From Nemertoderma westbladi (taxonomy: Eukaryota; Animalia; Xenacoelomorpha), in the NCBI GenBank assembly GCA_032718475.1, contig JAUCBJ010000969.1:2416-66415 (forward strand): DNA of 64,000 nt, given 5' to 3'. The notes below the pieces were generated by a model. It did no database searches, had not been told where the DNA came from, and saw only the letters and a list, made by a program, of their open reading frames with translations. Shown here in pieces: positions 36,880-48,290 of the stretch. Positions within the stretch are counted from its first letter, which is position 1, and each line of letters opens with the position of its first letter. The translations under genes and the position numbers were made by a program.

Positions 36880-38034
36880 AATAGTAAAATAATCCGAGTG
36901 CTCCCATTGTTGGCTACGGCAGACAAAACATGTGGAAACAAGGTGGAACCCTATTTCCTACAAAAAAATGTTCAGGTGGAGTGGCTAGAAGTTAGGTGGA
37001 GAGGTACAGGTGTATCTACAATCTAAGTGGATTCAGTTGGATGTCAGGTGGATGAAACTTAATAGCCGCCTGCTGTGATTGTGATATACCCCCCCCCCCC
37101 CCCCCCACCCTGGAGGTTGGATTTGTGTAGTGATGTAAAAAAAGATAAAATGTCAATTAAATACTCCTCCAGAAAAATTGACTCAAATAATACAATTATA
37201 AACATATGATAATATGGAAATAAACCTACTTGAATTGGATAATATTCCCGATCACAATCAATCAGTCAATGGCGACCTCGATCCTCTTGGAGAAGAAACT
37301 GGTTAATTATAATAGTTATTTATTTTATTTTATATATAAAATAAAATAAAAATATGTTTTTTATTTATTACAAATACAGTCCAGTATAATTAAAAATAAT
37401 AAAAAAAAATAATTAAAAATGTAATAAATTTCGCTACTTCAGAATGCCGAATTGAACCTATCGAGCCGAGTTGAACCTATCGAGCCGAGTCGAACCTATC
37501 GAGCCGAGTTGAACCTATCGAGCCGAATATTGACAGATTGACATATAGACAGATAGAATATTGACATATAAGATAAAGTAGGCATGAACTCCTAAACAAC
37601 ATTGCAAACAATCTGGCAGTTATAGAAATTTCAAAGTATACAGTACTGCAGTAGTGTTACAACAGCAGTGGTTAAACCCAGCAGCCCAGGCAGGAACTGT
37701 GTTTCCAACAGACGCAGATATCCTAACCAAGGCAGTTCCGACCTAAGCGAGATTCTTGCAAGTATGACTATGACTAATATCATCATACTTGTCCTCAGAT
37801 GTTATGGATCGCCCACTCGAGAGGTTCGGGCAGACCGTGATGTGATAATTGTACAGTATGTCGATTTATCGGTGAATAAAGGCATTCCAATAACAGAATA
37901 ATCGCAATTTCGGTCAACACTGACATATCCAGTTTACACGAAGTGGGGCCTTCGCGCAGCACGTGAAATGAGTTAATGCTAAGTATCAACTCGAAAGGAT
38001 TATAAAAACATAGGAGAAGATTTTCCCGGAAAAC

Positions 38035-39080
38035 GTTAACCCTCTAGCGGGAGACTGGGTAACTGAAGAAGGAAGGATTAGTTTCCCTACAAAGCCACAG
38101 CCTATGGTCTATTACATATCTGCCAAATTTCAGCATAAATGGATTAAAAGCAAAGAAATGGGAGGACATTTAACGTTTAGACATGTGGCCCTCTAGCAGG
38201 AGACTATTGCTCTGATGGTGTCTGAAAGTCTCTCAAACGTCTCAACTTTTGATCATATTGATGCCTACAAATTTTCAACTTGGCAGCTTTAAATTCGACA
38301 AAGTTATAAGCATGTCAATATCATAACGACGACAACGATTTCACTTTCAGACATTTGGCCCTCTAGCGGCAGACTGGAGAACTGCAGATGGATTCGCCTC
38401 CTTTGAAAGTCACAGCTAATGGTCTAATACATATCTGCCAAGTTTCAGCTTAAACGGATTAAAAGCAAAGAAATGGGAGGGCATTTAATGTTTAGACATG
38501 TGGCCCTCTAGCGGGAGACCATTGCACTGATGGTGTCTGAAAGTCTCTCAAAAATCTCAACTTTAGCTCATATTGATACCTACAAATTTTCAACTTGGCA
38601 GCTTTAAATCCGACAAAGTTATTAGCATGTCAAAATCGTAACGACGACAACGATTTCACTTTCAGACCTTTGGCCCTCTAGCGGCAGACTGGAGAACTGC
38701 AGATGGATTCGCCTCCTTTGAAAGTCACAGCTAATGGTCTAATACATATCTGCCAAGTTTCAGCTTAAACGGATTAAAAGCAAAGAAATGGGAGGGCATT
38801 TAATGTTTAGACATGTGGCCCTCTAGCGGGAGACCATTGCACTGATGGTGTCTGAAAGTCTCTCAAAAATCTCAACTTTTGCTCATATTGATACCTACAA
38901 ATTTTCAACTTGGCAGCTTTAAATCCGACAAAGTTATTAGCATGTCAAAATCGTAACGACGACGACAACGACGACGACGACGACGACAACGACGACGACG
39001 ACAACTATTTGCATAAATTGACCCACCCCCTAACAGTGTCAATTCGCTAAGGCTCCGCCAACTTCGTGGCTCGCCCCACA
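38035..39080. mobile_element. Tandem-core element resembling HINE/pearl-type non-autonomous Helentron derivatives
   Basis: Three 315-bp units (catatctgccaa at 38115, 38430 and 38745), each a dimer of ~157-bp ggccctctagc subunits. These are followed by an (ACG)n microsatellite and a short aattgac/gtcaatt inverted repeat. Confidence 0.55.
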
Positions 39081-40274
39081 AGCGCCTATGCTGCGTCGCT
39101 ACATCTCCCCTGGCTTTGTTTACTGGCTTTCGTATCAGAATTTGGTACCCATACTGCCATAGCCGTAGTGCAGTAGTGGGAGCACCGCAATCAGAGTTTC
39201 GAGTTTATTTATAATAAAATGATAGCAATAGTGGGAATAAAACTTATAGCAGTGTTACAAGTAATTAACCAGAACGCTGATAAGTTGACATAATAATTAG
39301 GAACCGAGAGGTTCATTACTGTAAGAATTGCTCGTGGCTGACTGGCTGGCTAATCTACAGCCAAAACTACTCTAACGATTTTGATGAAATTTTCACAGCG
39401 GCTAGATACCGCGATTCTAAGGTCCCTGGTATGTTCCGCTATTTCGTCCATGAGCCGTGGGCTCGAAAAATAGACATAAACGAAAAAACGCCATAGGCGC
39501 AATGGTAAAATAACACCAATAACAGCTGGTGTCGTGATGAAAAATGGCTTACTACACAAGGCTTAGTAATAAATCGATGAGGTTGCCAAGATTACTGTAC
39601 TTAGTACACCCATACTGTTTGTTTAGGCCCTGCACTCTCTGTCAAAGCAAATATTAACTGGTTGATTTAGTTTGTGGTTCTACACAGGCTTAGTATAAAT
39701 CGATGAGGCTGCCAACTGGTTGGTTTAGTTTGCAATCTATTACCGCCTCAGCTGAATAACTCTTCCCCCTGCTGAATGACTATTAGGTATACAGTGTATC
39801 GGCTACATTAATGCCAACATTAATACTGTGGAGGCTGTATGCTTATAAGGTGGAATGTTTACTCAGCCTTATACTGATACTCTGTAAGGCTAAGACTAAC
39901 ATTATAGTTTGAAATATAAAAATCACTGTTGACTGCAGAGTTGACTGCTATGTTGTATGTATTTAATTAAAATAATTTTCGTAGAGGGAAGTTAATTTGG
40001 GATTACTCTCTATCAGATGTAAGCAAAGCTGTTCAATGGGGTGGGTCATGGGACCCAAATATAGTACATTATGCATGGCAAACATTAATAAAATCATTCA
40101 GTCAACCTGAAGGGTATTTATTGCTTTAGTTAACTCTACTGTGCGAAAAACGAATTTATAATGTTACCCATACTTCAGGTGAATGACATTTTTAGATAAT
40201 TTGTGCTGAAGGAAACGATTTCTGATATAATTAAAATACAAGACAGGGGCTTGTTTCGATATATGTAGTTGCGC

Positions 40275-40580
40275 CCTTCGAGCAGCACGTGAGTTAATCA
40301 ATATAATAGACACAATGTTTTTGACTTTGTCCTTTCGAGCAGCACGTGAGTTTTGCTTCGACCCTTCGATATATGTATTTGCGCCTTTTGAGCAGCGCGT
40401 GAGTTACATCAAATAATAGACACACTGTTTGACATTGTCCCTTCGAGCAGCGAAGTGAGTTTTGCTTTGTCCCTTGATATATGATGTTGCGCACTTCGAG
40501 CAGCACATGAGTTACATCAAATAATAGACACACTGTTTGACTTTGTCCCTTCGAGCAACACGTGAGTTTGGCTTTGACCC
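40275..40580. repeat. ~60/118-bp tandem repeat with CACGTG cores
   Basis: cttcgagcagcacgtgagtt recurs about 6 times. Confidence 0.75.
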
Positions 40581-40594
40581 TTCCAGCATCGTGT

Positions 40595-41510
40595 GTCAAT
40601 CGAGCCGAATCATACTGATTGAGCCGAATAGAACCAATCGAGGTGATCAAGCCGAGTCGAGCCCATCGATCCGAACAGAGCCGATTTGAGCCCAATTAAG
40701 CCAAGTCGAGCCAGACTGAGCCGAGTCAAGCCCAATCGAGTCGAGTCTAGCCCAATAGAGCCGAGTCGAGTCCAATCAAGCCTAGTCGAGCCCAATTGAG
40801 CTGGACCGAGCCCAATTGAGCCGGACTATGCCAAGTTGAGCCAAATCGATCCAAGTCAAGCCCAATCAATCCCAATCGAGCCGAGTCGTGCGGATTGAGC
40901 CGAATCGAGCCCAATTGAGCCAAGTCAAGCCGGACCGAGCCAAGTCGAACCCAATCGAGCCGAATCGAGCTGAGTCGACTCAGACCGAGCCGAGCCGAGC
41001 CAAACCGAGCCGAGCCAAGCCGAGCCAAGCCGAGCCGAGCCGAGCCGAGCCGAGCCGAGCCGAGCCGAGCCGAGCCGAGCCGAGCCGAGCCGAGCCGAGC
41101 CGAGCCGAGCCGAGCCGAGCCGAGCCGTGTCACGCCAAATTGAGCCCGGATTGAGCCCAATCAAGCCGAGTCGAGCCCAATCGAGCCGAGTTGAGCCCAA
41201 TCAAGCCGAGTCGAACCAGACTGAGCCGGACCGAGCCAAGTCGAGCCCAATCGAGCCAGACTGCCGAGTCAAGCCCAATCAATCCCAATTGAGCCGATTC
41301 GAGCCGAGTCGAGCAGATTGAGCTGAATCGAGCCCAATTGAGCCAAGTCGAGCTGGACCGAGCCAAGTCGAACCCAATCGAGCCGATTGAGCCGAATCAA
41401 GCTGAGTCGAGTCAGATCGAGCCGAGTCGACGAGCCTAATCGAGCCAAACCGAGCCGATCAAGCCAAGTCGAACTAAATCGTGCCCAATCGTGCAAGACC
41501 GAGCCGAGCT
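40595..41510. repeat. CCGAG pentamer-based satellite; related short array at 37445-37527
   Basis: Pure (GAGCC)n at about 41030-41126, with degenerate 5/10-bp variants on both sides. Confidence 0.9.
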
Positions 41511-41832
41511 CGTTATCTCTTTTATTTGAAATAAAAAGTCGGTTCCTTATCGGGCCGCTAGGCCCGTCACTAGTGTGACAATAACAAAGTCTATTACCAG
41601 ATTACAGTATTATAGTTCTATCCTGATATTTGAATTGAACCATCTTTACATTCTGACATTAGCCTGATATTGCACTAGGGCTGTAGGGTGCTCGTGGTAG
41701 GGCTGTACTGCTGTAAGTGCTCGTGCTGGTACTCACTCACTGGCAGCTATATGACATGAAAGCATACTTGACATGTGATTATCCTTCCGGTAGCCTAGCT
41801 AGACACTACTGCACTACATGATATTGCTTCTA

Positions 41833-42211
41833 GGGGGCAGTCCAAGTATGACGTCTGCACTTTTCCCCAAAATGTTGACCCCCTCCCTCCCCTAAATCAG
41901 ATGTCATCAGATAGGCGTTGACCCCCCCCCCCTAAATCAGATTAAAAAAATTTTCGCGTCCTAATCACTGAAACAGGGTGACTGGTATCTGAAACAGAAG
42001 GTCATGCTACGGGCCTTCCGGGGCTTCGAACAGTTAAAATAGGCAAGCTACTTACTCTTCTGCTATATCTCTTCTACTGTAACACCTATAAACGAACATG
42101 CTGACGTCAGATTTTGGCTGACCCCCTCCCCTCCCCTCATCAGCACGTCATCAGATTTTCCCAACCCCCCTCCCCTCCCCTAAAGTGCTGACGTCATACT
42201 TGGACGGCCCC
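41833..42211. mobile_element. MITE with TA-flanked TIRs
   Basis: ta-GGGGGCAGTCCAAGTATGACGTCTGCACTTT ... AAAGTGCTGACGTCATACTTGGACGGCCCC-ta. Confidence 0.8.
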
Positions 42212-42801
42212 TATCATCTGTTCTATTACAAGCTCAATAAACAGCTATCAGTTTGCTTTTTGTGCTTTTTTTTAACCTTTTTTGTGCTTTTTTTTTACTT
42301 TTTTGTGCTTTTTTTGTGCTTTTTTTGTGCTTTTCATGACTTTTTTGTGCTTTTTGTTGTATTTAGTAGGACCCCCGGCATCCTGTAAAATGTATACCGC
42401 GAGCACCTTCCACACCACGTCAAACTCCATCTGTCGAAGAACGGCGGATGAGCTCATTGAACTCAAAGGTCTTGGTAGCTGGGTTCCTTGAACTCGATGC
42501 TGGGATCGACTCCTGGGTTCCCGATCTGCCATGGACTCAGTCAGAATGTGTTGGCAAGCTGTATTTTTCGAGGTGTTTGTTATTATACATTTATTATAGG
42601 AAGGGATCTAGGGGTCTTAACCTCGAATGATTAGTTTATTTTACCGAAAATAACTTATCTTTTATTGGCGCAATTGTAGGACTAATCCCATCACATGCGT
42701 ACTTTTTAACCGGGTAGTGTAAATATTCTTACTATCAATAATAAAAAATCAGGGGCTAATAAAATGGCAGCTGTCTTTGAAATTAATACTCCATATCTCA
42801 A

Positions 42802-42864
42802 GAACCTGTGGCCTAGTGGTCGTAGTCTCGGCTTCCGCCTCGAGGTCCCGGGTTCGAATCCGAC
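42802..42864 (+). promoter_or_regulatory. tRNA-derived internal Pol III promoter (A and B boxes), repeated in each unit
   Basis: A box TGGCCTAGTGG at 42809-42819; B box GGTTCGAATCC at 42851-42861. The ...TCTCG...GAGGTCCCGGGTTCGAATCC context resembles tRNA-Pro. There is no acceptor stem. Confidence 0.75.
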
Positions 42865-42907
42865 ACCACGCTGATGAGACCCAGTAAGGTCGAAACGCGT
42901 ACGTGGT
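42865..42907 (+). ncRNA. Minimal type I hammerhead ribozyme, copy 1
   Basis: ACCACG-CUGAUGA-GACC(CAGUAA)GGUC-GAA-ACGCGU-A^CGUGGU: intact core, stems I and II, palindromic minimal stem III, GUA cleavage triplet. Confidence 0.92.
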
Positions 42908-43275
42908 TTGGAGAGATATGAGATATTAATTTCAAGAAAAATTACGCGATTCCTAAATTTGTACACTACCCGGTTAAAAAGTACGCATGTGATGGGATTA
43001 GTCCTACAATTGCGCCAATAAAAGATAAGTTATTTTCGGTAAAATAAACTTATCATTCGAGGTTAAGACCCCTAGATCCCTTCCTATAATAAATGTATAA
43101 TAACAAACACCTCGAAAAATACAGCTTGCCAACACATTCTTACTATCAATAACCAAAAATCAGGGGCTAATAAAATGGCAGCTGTCTTTGAAATTAATAC
43201 TCCATATCTCAAGAACCTGTGGCCTAGTGGTCGTAGTCTCGGCTTCCGCCTCGAGGTCCCGGGTTCGAATCCGAC

Positions 43276-43318
43276 ACCACGCTGATGAGACCCAGTAAGG
43301 TCGAAACGCGTACGTGGT
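43276..43318 (+). ncRNA. Minimal type I hammerhead ribozyme, copy 2
   Basis: Identical to copy 1, 411 bp downstream. Confidence 0.92.
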
Positions 43319-43692
43319 TTGGAGAGATATGAGATATTAATTTCAAGAAAAATTACGCGATTCCTAAATTTGTACACTACCCGGTTAAAAAGTACGCATG
43401 TGATGGGATTAGTCCTACAATTGCGCCAATAAAAGATAAGTTATTTTCGGTAAAATAAACTTATCATTCGAGGTTAAGACCCCTAGATCCCTTCCTATAA
43501 TAAATGATAATATATAATAACAAACACCTCGAAAAATACAGCTTGCCAACACATTCTTACTATCAATAACCAAAAATCAGGGGCTAATAAAATGGCAGCT
43601 GTCTTTGAAATTAATACTCCATATCTCAAGAACCTGTGGCCTAGTGGTCGTAGTCTCGGCTTCCGCCTCGAGGTCCCGGGTTCGAATCCGAC

Positions 43693-43735
43693 ACCACGCT
43701 GATGAGACCCAGTAAGGTCGAAACGCGTACGTGGT
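43693..43735 (+). ncRNA. Minimal type I hammerhead ribozyme, copy 3
   Basis: Identical to copy 1, 417 bp downstream of copy 2. Confidence 0.92.
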
Positions 43736-44444
43736 TTGGAGAGATATGAGATATTAATTTCAAGAAAAATTACGCGATTCCTAAATTTGTACACTACCCG
43801 GTTAAAAAGTACGCATGTGATGGGATTAGTCCTACAATTGCGCCAATAAAAGATAAGTTATTTTCGGTAAAATAAACTTATCATTCGAGGTTAAGACCCC
43901 TAGATCCCTTCCTATAATAAATGGACTCAGTCGGCAGAATCGATGGATGTTTTCATTAAACGGAAAACCCTTGAGTTGATGCTTTTCGTTTTCTATAAGG
44001 AAAATTACATCGGGTAAACATTTGCTTGAAGGCACTATTATTATGTTCCGATATCTATGTTTCCGCAGAGAATTCCGCTGGTGCTCGTCTGTCATTGTGT
44101 CACTGCCTGGGACCAAATAACCAACTGTTCCGTTGGTCGCAATTGACAGAAGTTGTGGCAACTGCCAGACTGCAACTGTGAAAAGGGACACTGATCCCCG
44201 AAACGCTATTGGGTACCTCCAGAAAGCCCGCGAACTTATTTTGAAGGTCGTCGACTCTTATACCTCCGCACGAACTTGTATGGCAGTATGGTGGGTTATG
44301 GCTGTATGGCGGTGTCAGCCTGGGTTGACTTTGACTATCTTCCTGAAGGAACGGTACACTGTTCTCGACAGTTAGAACAGCTAATAGGTCAAGTTTCTGC
44401 GCATCACTGGATCGTCACATTGATAATTATATTGTTCTATATGT

Positions 44445-44640
44445 TAAAACTGAGATATTTCTCTACAGGGGAGTCATCACATTGAGTCCGCGCCCAGAGA
44501 GACTCATTAAATAAAACTGAGATATTTCTCTACAGGGGAGTCATCACATGTTGAGTCCGCGCCCGGAGAGACTCATTAAATAAAACTGAGATATTTCTCT
44601 ACAGGGGAGTCATCACATGTTGAGTCCGCGCCCGGAGAGA
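44445..44640. repeat. Three copies of a 67-69-bp tandem repeat
   Basis: taaaactgagatatttctctacaggggagtcatcaca at 44445, 44512 and 44581. Confidence 0.9.
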
Positions 44641-45044
44641 ATCTTTAAACACTTGTCACACTATTTTATGTTTAATTTTCAGGATTGTTACTTAATCTGT
44701 AATCTATTTAATTAATAAAGAGCCCATATCGGGGCCATTGATGTGTTTTCATGCTTGGGTGGGGAATATTGGGTCGGAAATCGTAATAAATAATAATATA
44801 AATATGGTAATATAAATAAAGTAAAATAAAGTGATAATATAAAATTACTGCCTAATAATAGGCCTATAAAGTAATTATAATATAATGAAATTTGTGGTGC
44901 GTCTTTAAACAAATATTAAAATAATTCATAGAAACGAAATAAGGCAACCTGATAGCGAATGACTTCAAAAGGACATAACGAAAGGGACTACATAATTTAT
45001 ATTATTATATATTTATATATATATATATATATATTTATATTTAA

Positions 45045-48000
45045 ACGAAAAGTTGAACTACCATGGTATCTCCCGTCTAGGTCGTCCCAGGGATGATGGT
45101 AAACCACGCCCACTTCGGCTGATCTTCTCAACAAGTGATGAGGCTAATAAGCTAATTGCTAGACGTTACTTTTTGCACAATAACACAAAATACTACTTTG
45201 ACCGTGACCTATCGCGTTTTGAACAAGAACAGGCCTACAAGCAGCGGCAGAAACGACGGAATCAAATGCACTCCTCACCGAATAGCAACACCACACCTTT
45301 AGCTAACCAAGTCGATTGACTAGCTCATTCCCTTCCTCCCAGACTAACAACCACTACACTAGGTACACCATCCCCACAAACAATCACCACAGCTTCCTCT
45401 CAAAGCAACAGGGATAAAACCAATTGTGATCTAAAAGTTATGTACACAAATGCTGACAACCTCCTGAATAAACTAACAGAGCTGCTTACCTATGTATCTA
45501 TCCACAATCCCCATGTTGTCGCTGTGACCGAGGTGTTACCAAAGTTTCATAAATTGGATATAACAGAGAGTAACTACACATTGTCTGGTTATAATATGTA
45601 CTCGAACCTTGATAAGCCAGGTTGTAGTAGGGGCATTATAATCTACTGTAAAGATGGGTTAACCACAGCCGATTACAACATTCCCACCATTCCCAATACT
45701 CATGTATCATGTCTTCCAGAGTCAGTATGGATTACAGTATTTGGCTCTAAGAAGAATAACTTTGTTAATTTGGGATGTTTATATCGGAGTCCTACCAACC
45801 CTGAAGTAAACACGAAAGGTGTGTGCAACTTACTCGATGCTGTCTGTTCAGCAAACAGGAAAGAAGAGTTACTTATTGTAGGAGATTTTAATATGCCAGA
45901 CACGAGTTGGCAAACCCTTTCATCCAGTGACAAATATGAAACTGAAATTATCCTATCAATAAATGATAACTTTCTCTACCAACTCATAGATAAGCCAACC
46001 CGCTTTCGTGCCGACCAAAAACCGAATATATTAGACCTGATTCTAACAAATGAGGAACATATTGTTGATTATCCTACTTATAGACCTGCTCTAGGTGCCA
46101 GCGACCATGTAGTGTTTGACTTTCATGTTGCTCTCCAAACACCAAAGTCAGTTACAACACTTAATCGTCCCATCTTTTCAAAAGCAAATTATTCAGCAAT
46201 TGCTGCAGAATTTAATATCAATAACTGGTCTGCCCTCTTCACTCCTCTCTCTGCACAATCATCATGGTCACTATTCCATTCCTGCCTATTGCACTCATGC
46301 AAACACCATATTCCCACCAAACCCATTTCTTCCTCTCTGCCACCCAAGTGGATGAACATTGACGTTCGTAATTCTATTCGGAACAAGGAACACTGTTGGA
46401 TTGCGTACCGCAGAGATCCGTCGCCTAATACAATGGAAAGATATAAACTTGCTAGAAATATTTGTACCCAAAATATACGGAAGGCAAAGTGTCAATTTGA
46501 ACGTAAAATCGCCTTGAATGCCTCAACAAATCCAACTGAATTCTGGAAGTTTGTTCGGTCAAAAACCAAAGTTCGTTCAACCATACACAACCTCAAACGT
46601 CCAGATGGTACATTCGCCACTACAAATATTGAGAAAGCAACTCTGTTAAATGAGTATTTTCATAGTGCTTTTACAGTTGAAGACCTGAGTAACATTTCTA
46701 GCCTTCCTCCTACTCAACCAAACACTATCGAACTCTCCTCAATTTCATTCACCACAGAATCAGTCACAAAAGCCATACAGGAAATGAAAAGTCCCAGTGC
46801 CCCTGGCCCTGATTCCATATATCCACAGGTCATAAAGGAACTTGCTGATTCCGTCGCCCATCCACTTGCTATTCTATTCCAAAAGTCTATGGATGAAGGT
46901 ATAGTTCCAGCAGAATGGAAATTGGCAAATATATCTCCGCAGTTCAAGAATGGAAAGAAATATGATAAAGAAAACTACCGGCAGATTAGCTTAACCTCAG
47001 TTGTGTGTAAGCTTATGGAGCGCAACATAGCATCTGTCACATACGAATTTTTAAAGGAAAACAGACGTCTTTCTGACCAACAGTATGGGTTTCTTAAAGG
47101 ACGCTCATGTACACTGCAACTACTGGATGCCATATTTAACTGGTATAAGGTCCTTGATGACCGACAATGTATTGACGTTGCCTTTTTAGACTTTCGTAAA
47201 GCGTTTGATTCTGTCCCACATCAACGTCTACTCCTCAAATTGAAGTCATTGGGGATAGCTGGCAACCTTTTGAAGTGGATTAGTTCGTTTTTATCTGGTA
47301 GATACCAACGAGTTGTAATTGGTGGTGAACATTCAACATGGCTATCAGTTGATAGTGGGGTTCCCCAAGGAAGTGTCGATGGGGTACTATTTTTCTTGGG
47401 ATTTGTAGATGACATTCCTGCACTCCTAGGGCATTTGGCATACTTGTTTGCTGATGACTTAAAAGACTCTGCTGTAGTGGATCCCTCTATTAAACTCTCC
47501 GTGGGACCCCTGCAAAGTGATCTAGATATTTTGGATTGGTGGAGCAAGACCTGGCAATTATTATTTAATCATAAGAAATGCAAGGTAATGCATATTGGTC
47601 GCTCTAACCCCAGGTACACTTACACCCTCGGGTCACACACACTGGAGACAACCGAAACAGAGAAAGACTTGGGTGTGAACTTAGATGATTCTCTCCAGTT
47701 CTCATTGCACATAGCCACTATCGTGAAGAAGGCAAATAAGGTTCTGGGGCTAGTATATAGAAGCTTTAATCACCTCAATGAAGACATGTTCATTAGTCTC
47801 TATAAGTCACTTGTCCGTCCTTGTGTGGAATACGCATCTCCAGTTTGGTCACCCAGCCATGTAGGAGAAAGCCGCCTACTTGAGTCTGTCCAACGTCGGG
47901 CTACCCGTTTGGTAGCGGGCCTTCGTGACCTTCCATATCCGGAGCGACTGTGTCGCTTGGGACTACCTACTCTGGAATACCGACGTTCTCGCGCGGACCT

Positions 48001-48290
48001 TATTCAATTATATCGCATGCTAACGGGTGTTGATGCTGTCGATTGGCAGAGTTTCTTCTCCTTATCGTCAACTGTCTGTCGCGGTAACTCTTTAAAACTC
48101 ACCAAACCGACCGTCCGTCTGAAAATCCGGGCCGATTCGTTCCACTTCCGAGGCATATCTCCCTGGAATGCTCTTCCTGATGTGGTTGTTACTTCCCCAA
48201 GTGTGAATATATTCAAATCGAACTTAAATGACCATTACAACTCTGCTACTAAGTTCTACCCATCCTGGTGGAATTAATCTAATCTAATCC
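45045..48290 (+). mobile_element. 5'-truncated CR1-group LINE: ORF1 C-terminus, intact ORF2 and a (TAATC)n tail
   Basis: ORF1 remnant RLGR...PRPLRLIF...YFDRDLS..EQ at 45053-45319, then ORF2, then taatctaatctaatc right after the stop. Confidence 0.9.
45440..48277 (+). CDS. LINE ORF2: APE endonuclease plus reverse transcriptase, 945 aa, uninterrupted
   Basis: YTNAD, VTE, YRSP, GDFN, LDLIL, SDH; APGPD, NYRQISLTS, QYGF, DFRKAFD, GVPQGS, FADD, KDLGV, EYASPVWSP, ESVQRRATR. Confidence 0.95.
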   Translation: MYTNADNLLNKLTELLTYVSIHNPHVVAVTEVLPKFHKLDITESNYTLSGYNMYSNLDKPGCSRGIIIYCKDGLTTADYNIPTIPNTHVSCLPESVWITVFGSKKNNFVNLGCLYRSPTNPEVNTKGVCNLLDAVCSANRKEELLIVGDFNMPDTSWQTLSSSDKYETEIILSINDNFLYQLIDKPTRFRADQKPNILDLILTNEEHIVDYPTYRPALGASDHVVFDFHVALQTPKSVTTLNRPIFSKANYSAIAAEFNINNWSALFTPLSAQSSWSLFHSCLLHSCKHHIPTKPISSSLPPKWMNIDVRNSIRNKEHCWIAYRRDPSPNTMERYKLARNICTQNIRKAKCQFERKIALNASTNPTEFWKFVRSKTKVRSTIHNLKRPDGTFATTNIEKATLLNEYFHSAFTVEDLSNISSLPPTQPNTIELSSISFTTESVTKAIQEMKSPSAPGPDSIYPQVIKELADSVAHPLAILFQKSMDEGIVPAEWKLANISPQFKNGKKYDKENYRQISLTSVVCKLMERNIASVTYEFLKENRRLSDQQYGFLKGRSCTLQLLDAIFNWYKVLDDRQCIDVAFLDFRKAFDSVPHQRLLLKLKSLGIAGNLLKWISSFLSGRYQRVVIGGEHSTWLSVDSGVPQGSVDGVLFFLGFVDDIPALLGHLAYLFADDLKDSAVVDPSIKLSVGPLQSDLDILDWWSKTWQLLFNHKKCKVMHIGRSNPRYTYTLGSHTLETTETEKDLGVNLDDSLQFSLHIATIVKKANKVLGLVYRSFNHLNEDMFISLYKSLVRPCVEYASPVWSPSHVGESRLLESVQRRATRLVAGLRDLPYPERLCRLGLPTLEYRRSRADLIQLYRMLTGVDAVDWQSFFSLSSTVCRGNSLKLTKPTVRLKIRADSFHFRGISPWNALPDVVVTSPSVNIFKSNLNDHYNSATKFYPSWWN

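Larger units (their letters stand above)
39313..41573 (+). mobile_element. Non-autonomous Helitron-like element carrying internal satellites
   Basis: 3' hairpin CGGGCC-GCTA-GGCCCG at 41551-41566, then CTAG|T at 41570-41574. The 5' motif is shared with the 25722-26830 copy; the 5' boundary is approximate. Confidence 0.75.
42543..43920 (+). mobile_element. Non-coding Penelope-like/retrozyme insertion: an inverted partial unit plus about 2.9 tandem 411-417-bp units, flanked by a TSD
   Basis: 42543-42721 is the reverse complement of part of the unit. The units are near-identical. ATGGACTCAGTC occurs at 42531-42542 and 43921-43932. Confidence 0.88.

Noticed and set aside
40294-41578. LGSAR/AEPSR repeat ORFs
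   Set aside because: Translation of the CCGAG satellite.
42802-42875. Functional tRNA gene
   Set aside because: A and B boxes are present, but the acceptor stem is missing and the T and anticodon stems are imperfect. The 3' side is replaced by the ribozyme.
42706-43794. Three repeated 86-99-aa minus-strand ORFs
   Set aside because: They have GTG starts, lie antisense to the tRNA/hammerhead unit and show no recognisable domain.
42380-44420. GC-richer, coding-like sequence interrupted by the hammerhead insertion
   Set aside because: Rejoining the flanks gave no long frame or motif that I could recognise.
44445-44640. Possible minus-strand hammerhead (GTGATGA-CTC...GAG-AAA)
   Set aside because: The conserved C of CUGA is missing, GAAA does not follow stem II correctly, and there is no convincing stem I or III.
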